This document shows positions 1 to 7,272 of a stretch of 64,000 nucleotides of DNA, piece after piece (position 1 is the stretch's first letter; every line of letters begins with the position of its first letter). This DNA is from Planctomycetota bacterium (GTDB lineage: Bacteria > Planctomycetota > MHYJ01 > WSZJ01): contig JBBTCT010000009.1 of NCBI GenBank assembly GCA_038060895.1, positions 112,082 to 176,081 on the forward strand. The letters are read 5' to 3'. Below the pieces are notes generated by a model. The model made no database searches. It was not told the DNA's origin and saw nothing but the letters and a program-made list of their open reading frames with translations. Made by a program: the position numbers and the translations under genes.

Positions 1-337
1 AGCCGGCGAATACGAGATTGTGATGGCGCCGGAAGCCGGCGACAGGATCCGCAGCGCCTACATTGGCACGATCGTCGAGATCACCGATTCCACGGTGCCT
101 CTTCCGCAGAAATTCGAGGGTGGACTGAACCAGGGTGTTGACTTTGCAGAACCTGCGGCGCCGTCGGGAGAGCCGCAGTCGCTGGGCGCCGGTCTCAACC
201 AGGGAGCGAACTACGTCGATCCCGAGGAAGCGTCCCAGGTGAAACGGCTGGGATGCAAATTCACGGAGCTCAAGAAACTCGTCGAGGAGGTCAAAGAGGT
301 GCAGCGCACGCAGGAGAACGGGGCCGAGGTCCGCTGA
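1..337 (+). CDS. 3' end of a hypothetical protein (truncated by window start)
   Basis: Frame open from base 2 (AGEYEIVMAPE...) to TGA 335-337; short internal repeat GLNQG x2; no recognisable family. Confidence 0.55.
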   Translation, partial: AGEYEIVMAPEAGDRIRSAYIGTIVEITDSTVPLPQKFEGGLNQGVDFAEPAAPSGEPQSLGAGLNQGANYVDPEEASQVKRLGCKFTELKKLVEEVKEVQRTQENGAEVR

Positions 338-557
338 ATGTCGACGGGCGTCGTTTCGAACACGTAACACGCGCCGGGCTGGTAACAACCGCCCCGGCGC
401 TTCCGCTTCATGCCGGGGGCACGCCGCTTGCATCCGTACTGCCCTTGGTCCGGGATTCCCTCTAGAATGTCAGGCCGATCGACGCCCTGCAGGCTCGCTC
501 AGGTACGGCCGGGCTGAGCGCCCTGGAGAGATTTTCAGCCCGGCTGTGGAGAACCGA

Positions 558-2201
558 ATGAAGCGCTTCCTCGCCGTGTCCCTGGTACTCGGCACTTCGA
601 CGCTCATCCTCGCCGCGTGGACGCCAGCCGCTTCGCTTCCCCCCGCGGTGATTCCCATTCCGCGCTACTTCCCGGGGCCTGCGGCCGCGGTGACGTCCGT
701 CGAACTCGACAAGATGGAAACGGAATCAATCGCCTCGGCGCTCGCGTGGCTCGCGCGGCACCAGGAGGCGGACGGGAGCTGGAAGGCCAGCGGCGCGGCC
801 GGTCACGGATTCGAGACGCTGTACGAAGCAGACGCGGCGAAATCCTGCGACGTCATGGCGACCGGGATTGCGCTTCTCGCCTTCATGGGCGACGGCAATT
901 CGCTCTGGATGGGGCGCTACTCGGAGGCGGTCCGGCGCGGCTGGAACTGGCTGGTGCTGCAGCAGAAGGAGACCAAGTGCGGCAGCCTGGTGCCGCTGGC
1001 GGAAGCCGAGGCGGGCGGGTCGCTGTCCGAGAGAGAAAAGGCGGCCAAGCGCGCGCACCTGGCGCGGATGAATCACCTCTGGGGGACGGTGGCGCTTCTC
1101 GAGGCCGTTCGCTCCGCGGAATTCGACGAACGGCTGATGCCCGTGCGCGACGTCGAAAAGATCAAGCGGCACAACGAGGTATTGAAGCAGGCGGAAGCGG
1201 CCGTGAAGTTCATCACGGACGACCCGGCGACGAAGCCGGACAAGTTCGACTTCCTGAATCCCAAGACCGTGAACATGGACGAGATCGCGCTTCTCGCGGC
1301 GTGTCGCTACGTCTTCGGCAAGCAGGGAGTGGCGGGGGACAAGGAGTGGTTCGTGGGTGTGTCGGAAGCGATCACGAAGATCCAGGAAGGAATGACGGAG
1401 GCGCTCGTGCCCTACCGGTATTCGGAAGACGGCGAGTACTGGTTCGGCGGATCGATCTCCACGCCGCAGGCCATGATCGCGTTCGTGTACACCTACAACA
1501 TGGGCAGCGCGAAGCAGATGGTCGCGGCGTCGCCGGCGCTTCTCGCGCATCCGCCGGCCTGGAATCCTTACTACGAAATCGGCCGTCCGTCGCGGCATCC
1601 TGAGGCGGGCGAAGGCGGGGCGAAGAAGCCGGCCCCCGCGGCGCTTCCCGAGGGGCTGAAAGACGTTGCCGGGACCTGGCGAGACGACATCGCCAACGAG
1701 GCGTCGTGGTTCTGGCAGGGAATGGCGTTCCGCTCGTTCGCGGCGATCGGCAGCGGGGAGTGGGACAAGTGGCGCGCTTCGTACGTCCCGATGGCGCGCG
1801 AGCACCAGCGCCGCAGCGGGCCGGAAGCGGGGTCGTGGGACCCGGTGGGGCCGCACGCGCGGGTTTTCGGGCGGGAGATCGCGACGGCGTGGATGACGGT
1901 GACGATGCAGTCGAAGTGCCAGCTTCAGATTTCGCGGTCGGACTGGAAGTACCTGAAGGAGGACCCGAGGTGGCGGGCGCGGAAAGAGAACCTGGATGCG
2001 GCGCCGGTGCTCTCGGTGAAGTGCCTGATCTGCGACATGGGGATCCTGTCGAACACGCCCTTCAGCAAGGGCGAAGGGAAAGAGGTCTACTATTTCTGCT
2101 CGCAGGAGCACCAGGACCAGTTCGAGATGAACCCGGAGGCGTGGCGGGACGGGAAGAAACCGGAGAACAAGGGCGAGGGGAGCGAGGGGTCTCACAAGTA
2201 A
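558..2201 (+). CDS. Secreted prenyltransferase/squalene-cyclase-repeat (alpha/alpha barrel) protein with C-terminal YHS/TRASH metal-binding domain
   Basis: GGAG RBS before ATG 558; signal peptide MKRFLAVSLV...; QW-like motifs WLARHQEADGSW and QRRSGPEAGSWDP; C-terminal CLICDM...YYFCSQEHQDQFEMNP. Confidence 0.75.
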   Translation: MKRFLAVSLVLGTSTLILAAWTPAASLPPAVIPIPRYFPGPAAAVTSVELDKMETESIASALAWLARHQEADGSWKASGAAGHGFETLYEADAAKSCDVMATGIALLAFMGDGNSLWMGRYSEAVRRGWNWLVLQQKETKCGSLVPLAEAEAGGSLSEREKAAKRAHLARMNHLWGTVALLEAVRSAEFDERLMPVRDVEKIKRHNEVLKQAEAAVKFITDDPATKPDKFDFLNPKTVNMDEIALLAACRYVFGKQGVAGDKEWFVGVSEAITKIQEGMTEALVPYRYSEDGEYWFGGSISTPQAMIAFVYTYNMGSAKQMVAASPALLAHPPAWNPYYEIGRPSRHPEAGEGGAKKPAPAALPEGLKDVAGTWRDDIANEASWFWQGMAFRSFAAIGSGEWDKWRASYVPMAREHQRRSGPEAGSWDPVGPHARVFGREIATAWMTVTMQSKCQLQISRSDWKYLKEDPRWRARKENLDAAPVLSVKCLICDMGILSNTPFSKGEGKEVYYFCSQEHQDQFEMNPEAWRDGKKPENKGEGSEGSHK

Positions 2202-2222
2202 GATTGGGTGATCGAATTCAAA

Positions 2223-2255
2223 ACGCGAGGCCCTCTGGCCTCGCGTCTTTTATTT
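2223..2255 (+). terminator. Intrinsic terminator between the two paralogs
   Basis: ACGCGAGGCC-ctct-GGCCTCGCGT followed by CTTTTATTT. Confidence 0.75.
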
Positions 2256-2313
2256 CGGTTTGTGGCATGGGTTATGCGGTAGGGGGTGCTGGACCCCTTG
2301 CGGAGAACTCGAA

Positions 2314-3861
2314 ATGTACCCGTTTGCCCGCTTCACGCCGGTCGCGCTGCTGCTGCTCGCCGCTCCCCTTGCGGCGCAATCGCCCTCAGAACTGGCCCGG
2401 ATGGAACGGGCTTCGGTTGATTCGGCGCTTTCGTGGCTGGCGCGGCACCAGGAACTCGACGGCCGCTGGGCGGCCACCGGATCGCGCGACCACGGATTCT
2501 TTGAGCTCTACGAGCCCGATGCGGCGCAGGCTTCGGACGTGCAGACGACGGCGCTCGCGCTTCTCGCCCTTCTCGGCGACGGGAACTCGCCGTGGACGGG
2601 GCGCTACCGCGACTCTGCCGGGCGCGCCTGGGAATGGCTGAAGGGCCGGCAGGCCGCTCATGCGGGCGGCGAGCTCGTGGCGGCTCCCCCTGAAGCGGAC
2701 GGCGCGACGCTGGGAGATCGCCGGCGTGCGGCGCGCCGCGCCCACGTCGCGCGGATGAACCACCTTTGGGGAACGCTCGCGCTGCTCGAGACCGCGGCGT
2801 CCGCCGAGGACGCCGGCGCGGGCGCGGATTCATCGCGCGCCGAGGCCGCCCGTCGCGTCGCCGCGGCTCTTCCTCCCGCAATTGCGGCCGTCGCGTTCAT
2901 CACGGGCGACCCGGCGACGCGGCCGGAGGCGTTTGATTTCCTGGAGGAGCGCGCCGTGACGATGGACGAGCTGGCGCTCCTGGCGGCCGTGGCGTACGAC
3001 TGCGCCATGCTGCACGCGGCGGCGGACCTGCCCTGGTTCCAGGGCGTCGTGGCGCGGCTCAAGGAAGTGCAGCGCGGTATGACGGGCGCCGTGGTGCCTT
3101 ACCGCGCCTCCGAGGACGGCGCCTACTGGCTTCGCGGATCCGTCTCGACGCCGCAGAGCATGATCGCGTTCGTGTATCTCTTCGAGCACGGAAGCGCGAT
3201 GCAGATGAGCGCGGCGGGGCCGCTGCTCGAGGCGCACCCGCCCCGGTGGAACACGCGGTACGAGATGGGCGGGCCGGCCGGGCACCCGGGTGCGGGCGAC
3301 GCCTCCGCGAAGTCCGTGCTTTCCCCATCGCTGCGGGCCGTCGCCGATCCCTGTTGCGACGAGATTGCAAACGAGTACGGATGGTTCTGGGAAGGGATGG
3401 CCTTCCGTTCCTACGCGGCTCTCAATCCCGACGGCTGGCGCCGATGGCGGGCTTCGTTTGTCCCGGTCGCCTTCGAGAACCAGCGCCGGGGCGGGCCGGA
3501 GGCGGGCTCGTGGGAGGCTGGTGGGCCGCATGCGCGGGTGTTCGGGCTGGAGACGGGGACGGCGTGGATGGCGATCACTATGCAATCGCAGTGTCGGCTG
3601 AGAATGGCGCGGACGCACTGGGACGACCTGAAGCGGGACGGGCGGTGGCTGTCGATGGTGGAGAATCTTGGGAAGGGAAGCGTGGAGAAGAGGTCGTGCC
3701 TGGTGTGCGGGATGAGCGTGATGTCGAACGGGGTGTACAGCAAAGGGGGCGGGCCGGTGATCTACTACTTCTGTTCGATGGAGCACCTAGACGAGTTCGA
3801 AATGAATCCGGAAGCGTGGAGGAACGGAAAGCGGCCGGAGGGCGAGGGGAGTCACAAGTAG
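2314..3861 (+). CDS. Paralog of 558-2201: secreted squalene-cyclase-repeat protein with YHS domain
   Basis: GGAG RBS; signal peptide MYPFARFTPVALLLLAAPLAA; WLARHQELDGRW, RMNHLWGT, CLVCGM...YYFCSMEH; same EGSHK C-terminus. Confidence 0.75.
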   Translation: MYPFARFTPVALLLLAAPLAAQSPSELARMERASVDSALSWLARHQELDGRWAATGSRDHGFFELYEPDAAQASDVQTTALALLALLGDGNSPWTGRYRDSAGRAWEWLKGRQAAHAGGELVAAPPEADGATLGDRRRAARRAHVARMNHLWGTLALLETAASAEDAGAGADSSRAEAARRVAAALPPAIAAVAFITGDPATRPEAFDFLEERAVTMDELALLAAVAYDCAMLHAAADLPWFQGVVARLKEVQRGMTGAVVPYRASEDGAYWLRGSVSTPQSMIAFVYLFEHGSAMQMSAAGPLLEAHPPRWNTRYEMGGPAGHPGAGDASAKSVLSPSLRAVADPCCDEIANEYGWFWEGMAFRSYAALNPDGWRRWRASFVPVAFENQRRGGPEAGSWEAGGPHARVFGLETGTAWMAITMQSQCRLRMARTHWDDLKRDGRWLSMVENLGKGSVEKRSCLVCGMSVMSNGVYSKGGGPVIYYFCSMEHLDEFEMNPEAWRNGKRPEGEGSHK

Positions 3862-3865
3862 CAAC

Positions 3866-3902
3866 AAAAAACGCCGCCGATTTCTCGGCGGCGTTCTGTT
3901 TA
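3866..3902. terminator. Bidirectional intrinsic terminator
   Basis: A-tract, AACGCCGCCGA-tttc-TCGGCGGCGTT, T-rich tail, between convergent genes. Confidence 0.75.
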
Positions 3903-3912
3903 CTGCGGGGTC

Positions 3913-4140
3913 TTACATGCACTCGTTGCCCATGCCGACGTCTTCCGAACCGGCGCCGGATTCCGAGTCCATGCCGCCTTCGGTCGCGTCGCCGCCGGAG
4001 TGATCGTCCGTGCCGGGGAGCGGCCCGTCGCCGGTGCCACCACCGTCGTAGCCCGGGGCGGGCGGGGGAGGGCAAGCGAACGTCAGGATCGGGCTGGAGA
4101 GCGCGGCGAGGGTTACGAGGGCGATGATGAAGAGTTTCAT
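3913..4140 (-). CDS. Small secreted acidic Gly/Asp-rich peptide (75 aa)
   Basis: AAGGAG RBS before ATG; signal peptide MKLFIIALVTLAALSSPILTFA; mature part CPPPPAPGYDGGG...GNECM; sigma54 promoter upstream, terminator downstream. Confidence 0.7.
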   Translation of the reverse strand: MKLFIIALVTLAALSSPILTFACPPPPAPGYDGGGTGDGPLPGTDDHSGGDATEGGMDSESGAGSEDVGMGNECM

Positions 4141-4204
4141 GGCTATCTCCTTGACGGCGTTGTTTGGAGGCGTGTTATTTGTTTGGTACGACGGAAGTGA
4201 GTAT

Positions 4205-4220
4205 TGCAATCTTGGTGCCA
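4205..4220 (-). promoter_or_regulatory. Sigma-54 (-24/-12) promoter
   Basis: Minus strand TGGCACCAAGATTGCA matches TGGCAC-N5-TTGCW with GG-N10-GC spacing. Confidence 0.75.
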
Positions 4221-4490
4221 GACCCGAGAACTTAGAAATGACGTCATAACATATGTATGTGTAATGAGTTACAATTGCGCTTCAGAATATCACCCGTTTG
4301 CGCGGCAACGCGATCGACCTCAATCCATACGCATGCCATATTATTGTGTCCCGTTTTGATGCGCGTCCATCCCTGGGCCGACAGGCTGGAGGCGCTTCGG
4401 CAACGCCCCGCGATTTTCAGAAATTCTGAGAATCGGTTCTAACCCATTCAGCGACATAATCTTGCGTCGCAGTGCCATCCGCACTTCAAT

Positions 4491-4519
4491 TTGACATTAT
4501 ATACTTTATAAAGTATAAA
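4491..4519 (+). promoter_or_regulatory. Sigma-70 promoter of mre operon with overlapping 18-bp palindromic operator
   Basis: TTGACA-N17-TATAAA; perfect palindrome TATACTTTATAAAGTATA at 4500-4517. Confidence 0.7.
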
Positions 4520-4570
4520 CTTAGCGACGGCCGCACGGCGGACGTCCGCTTCTGCTCGACCATCCTGATA

Positions 4571-4596
4571 CCTTCGACTCGCTTCGCTCGCTCAGG
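4571..4596 (+). repeat. REP-like dispersed repeat, copy 1
   Basis: CCTTCGACTCGCTTCGCTCGCTCAGG; near-identical copies at 46331-46358 (+) and 53187-53214 (-). Confidence 0.7.
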
Positions 4597-4649
4597 TTGG
4601 CCGGGCAAGGCTACCGCAGGACACAGGCAATCTCGGAGAGGGGATAGCC

Positions 4650-5708
4650 ATGATCAGTCTGATCGACCGCGTCATCGGTGTGTTCAGCACCGATATGGGC
4701 ATCGACCTGGGCACCTGCAACACGCTCGTCTGCGTGCGGGGGCAAGGGATCGTCTTGAACGAGCCCAGCGTCGTCGCGGTGAAGAAGGGCACCAACCAGA
4801 TCCTCATGAACGGCCAGGCCGTCGGCTCGGCCGCCAAGGACATGCTCGGAAAGTGTCCCGGAAACATCGAGGCGATCCGCCCGATGAAAGACGGCGTCAT
4901 CGCCGACTTCGACATCACCGAGGCGATGATCAAGTACTTCATCCAGAAAATTCACAAGCGCAAGGGGTGGTTCCGCCCGCGCGTGATCGTGGCGCACCCG
5001 AGCGGGATCACGGGCGTCGAGAAGCGCGCGGTGCTCGCCAGCGCCGAGCGCGCCGGCGCGCGCCAGGTCTTCCTCGTCCCCGAGCCCATCGCGTCCGGCA
5101 TCGGCGTCGGCCTCCCGATCCAGGAGCCGCGCGGCTCGATGATCGTGGACATCGGCGGCGGCACTTCCGAAATCGCCGTCCTGTCCCTCGGCGCGGTCGT
5201 CGCGTGCAAGTCGATCCGTGTCGCAGGCGACGAGCTGAACGATTCGATCATGAAGCACTGCAAGGAGAACTACAACCTGTACATCGGCGAGAACACGGCC
5301 GAGAAGATCAAGATCACCATCGGGTCCGTCTCGCCGCTCGAGAAGGAACTCCAGATGGAAGTCCGCGGCGGCGACGTCGTCACGCGGATGCCCCGGTGCA
5401 TCATCGTGTCGAGCGCCGAGATCCGCAACGCGCTCATCGAGCCCGTGCTCAAGATCGTCAAGGCCATCAAGGAAACGCTCGAGATGCTTCCGCCCGAAAT
5501 CAGCGCCGACCTCGTCGAGAGCGGGGTGACGCTCGCCGGCGGCGGCGCACTCCTGCGCGGGATCAAGACGGCCATCACCCGCGAAATCGACATTCCCGTC
5601 GTGATCGCCGAGGACCCGCTCACCGCGGTCGCCCGCGGCACGGGCGTCATCCTAGACAACCTCGACCGCCTGCGCGACAGCATCGAATCTTCCGAGGATA
5701 TTGACTAA
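4650..5708 (+). CDS. mreB: Rod shape-determining protein MreB
   Basis: DMGIDLGT, NEPSVVA, RPMKDGVIADF, DIGGGT, LAGGGALL, AEDPLTAVARG. Confidence 0.97.
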   Translation: MISLIDRVIGVFSTDMGIDLGTCNTLVCVRGQGIVLNEPSVVAVKKGTNQILMNGQAVGSAAKDMLGKCPGNIEAIRPMKDGVIADFDITEAMIKYFIQKIHKRKGWFRPRVIVAHPSGITGVEKRAVLASAERAGARQVFLVPEPIASGIGVGLPIQEPRGSMIVDIGGGTSEIAVLSLGAVVACKSIRVAGDELNDSIMKHCKENYNLYIGENTAEKIKITIGSVSPLEKELQMEVRGGDVVTRMPRCIIVSSAEIRNALIEPVLKIVKAIKETLEMLPPEISADLVESGVTLAGGGALLRGIKTAITREIDIPVVIAEDPLTAVARGTGVILDNLDRLRDSIESSEDID

Positions 5709-5732
5709 CCGCACCAGGAAAACCTGAACCCC

Positions 5733-5794
5733 GAACCGGCCGGACTCGTTCGATTCGCCGCGCGCCTGGCGAGTCGAACGGGCCCGGCCGGTTC
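5733..5794. repeat. Intergenic inverted repeat between mreB and mreC
   Basis: GAACCGGCCGGACTCGTTCGATTCGCC...GGCGAGTCGAACGGGCCCGGCCGGTTC; contains the TCGACTCGC core of the REP-like family. Confidence 0.65.
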
Positions 5795-5838
5795 TCCATC
5801 CGCATGGCAACGGCGATGGCTGGAGAAAGCCGCCTGAG

Positions 5839-6609
5839 ATGCACCGCCTGAAACTGACCTGGTCCGTCCCGATCGCCCTCGCCCTGGCGTCGGGCGTCCT
5901 CATCCTCGCACAGTCGCGGCTTCCCGCAGGGCCGCGCTACGCACCCTTCGCCATCCTCCGCCCCCTGGCGGAGTGGCGCAACGGCGGCGAAGAAGTCAAC
6001 CGCCTGCGCTCCGAGAACGGAGAACTGCTCGCGGAACTGCTCAAGCAGCAGCGGAAGGCCGGCGAACTGGAAGCGCAGCTGCGACAGGTCAGCGCCTGGC
6101 GCGGCGATTCGATCGCCGACTCCCCGCGCGTCCTCCCCGCTTCCGTCATTCTCTCCGAGGATCCGTCGACCTGGCACGGCACGGTCATGATCGACAAGGG
6201 AACGCGGGACGGAGTGAAACCCGGGATGGTCGTCGCGGAAGGACCGAACATCGTCGGCCGGATCCTCGAAGCGGGCGAATCCACGGCGAGGGTGCGGCTG
6301 GTCACCGACCCGGCGTTCCGCATGAAGGTTTCCGCCGTCAAGAAAGGCGCCGGCGCCGGCGTGACGGGGATTCTTGCAGGAAGCGGCGACGGCACGTGCC
6401 GTCTCGAGTACGTCCTTGACCGGGAGCCCGTCGGCGAAGGCTGGCTCATCGTCAGCGTCGCGGATCCGGATCGCGGCTGGCCCGCCGGAAAGCTCATCGG
6501 CGAAGTCGTGAAAGGCGGCAACGGCGCCGGCGTGTACGGCGACATCGTGGTCCGCCCGCGCATGGACCCCAAGGCGCTCAGGCATGTGCTGGTGCTTGTC
6601 GGAAAGTAA
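5839..6609 (+). CDS. mreC: Rod shape-determining protein MreC
   Basis: N-terminal TM, coiled coil, IDKGTRDGVKPGMVV...VGRI...VRLVTD; position after mreB. Confidence 0.9.
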   Translation: MHRLKLTWSVPIALALASGVLILAQSRLPAGPRYAPFAILRPLAEWRNGGEEVNRLRSENGELLAELLKQQRKAGELEAQLRQVSAWRGDSIADSPRVLPASVILSEDPSTWHGTVMIDKGTRDGVKPGMVVAEGPNIVGRILEAGESTARVRLVTDPAFRMKVSAVKKGAGAGVTGILAGSGDGTCRLEYVLDREPVGEGWLIVSVADPDRGWPAGKLIGEVVKGGNGAGVYGDIVVRPRMDPKALRHVLVLVGK

Positions 6610-6610
6610 G

Positions 6611-6762
6611 GAGTGAGGAGTAGGGAGTTGGGAGTAGGAGGCAGTTGCGAGGAGGTTGTCGAGCAGACTATTCACCCTTCTCCCGGAAGACTCGGCGGCA
6701 ATTGGCGGTGACTCGTCGTTCCTACCCACGACTCACTACTCAACACTCATCACTCACGACTC
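6611..6762. repeat. Inverted heptamer tandem arrays (GAGTNNN)4 ... (NNNACTC)5
   Basis: GAGTGAG GAGTAGG GAGTTGG GAGTAGG at 6611-6638; ACGACTC ACTACTC AACACTC ATCACTC ACGACTC at 6728-6762. Confidence 0.75.
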
Positions 6763-6768
6763 CCCACA

Positions 6769-7272
6769 ATGAACTGGCTCATCTTCATCGTCCTCGCCGT
6801 CCTCGCGACGATCGCCCAGATCGCCCTCGCTCCCCTGTTCGCCGTCGGCCGCGCCGTCCCTGACGTCGCCATCGTCGTCCTCGCCGCCGTCGCTCTTCGC
6901 ACCGGCCGCAACACCGCCTGCATCGCAGGCTGGTCTCTCGGACTCCTCCGCGACCTCTCGGGCGGAAGCGGCCCCGGGCCGTTCGCGCTGATGTTCCTGA
7001 TCGCCGCCCTCGTCACTGGCACCATGCGCGGCATGCTCTTCCCGTCGCGACCGCTCGGCATGGCGATCGGCTGCTTCGTCGCGGCCTGGGCGGCGCACGC
7101 GCCGTACGGGATGGTGCTGGCGGCGCGCTACGGCGTCGGCTTCTGGGACGGAGTCGGCCACTCGCTCGCCGTTGCGGCGCTCACCGCCGGGCTCGGCGCG
7201 CTCGCCGCCCGGCCCTTCGCAAGAATCCGCGGCATCGCCGGCTGGGCCCCGGAACGGGAGCTCCTCGCGTGA
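6769..7272 (+). CDS. mreD: Rod shape-determining protein MreD
   Basis: Polytopic hydrophobic protein, PDV, GWSLGLLRDLSG; operon position. Confidence 0.88.
   Translation: MNWLIFIVLAVLATIAQIALAPLFAVGRAVPDVAIVVLAAVALRTGRNTACIAGWSLGLLRDLSGGSGPGPFALMFLIAALVTGTMRGMLFPSRPLGMAIGCFVAAWAAHAPYGMVLAARYGVGFWDGVGHSLAVAALTAGLGALAARPFARIRGIAGWAPERELLA

Noticed and set aside
335-367. Possible Sec readthrough at the TGA of the first ORF (EVR-TGA-MSTGVVSNT-TAA)
   Set aside because: No redox motif context, no hairpin like the other three, only 9 extra codons; cannot be supported without homologs.
6611-6762. CRISPR array
   Set aside because: Units are 7 nt without unique spacers; no cas genes; no 23-47-bp direct repeat array seen in the window.
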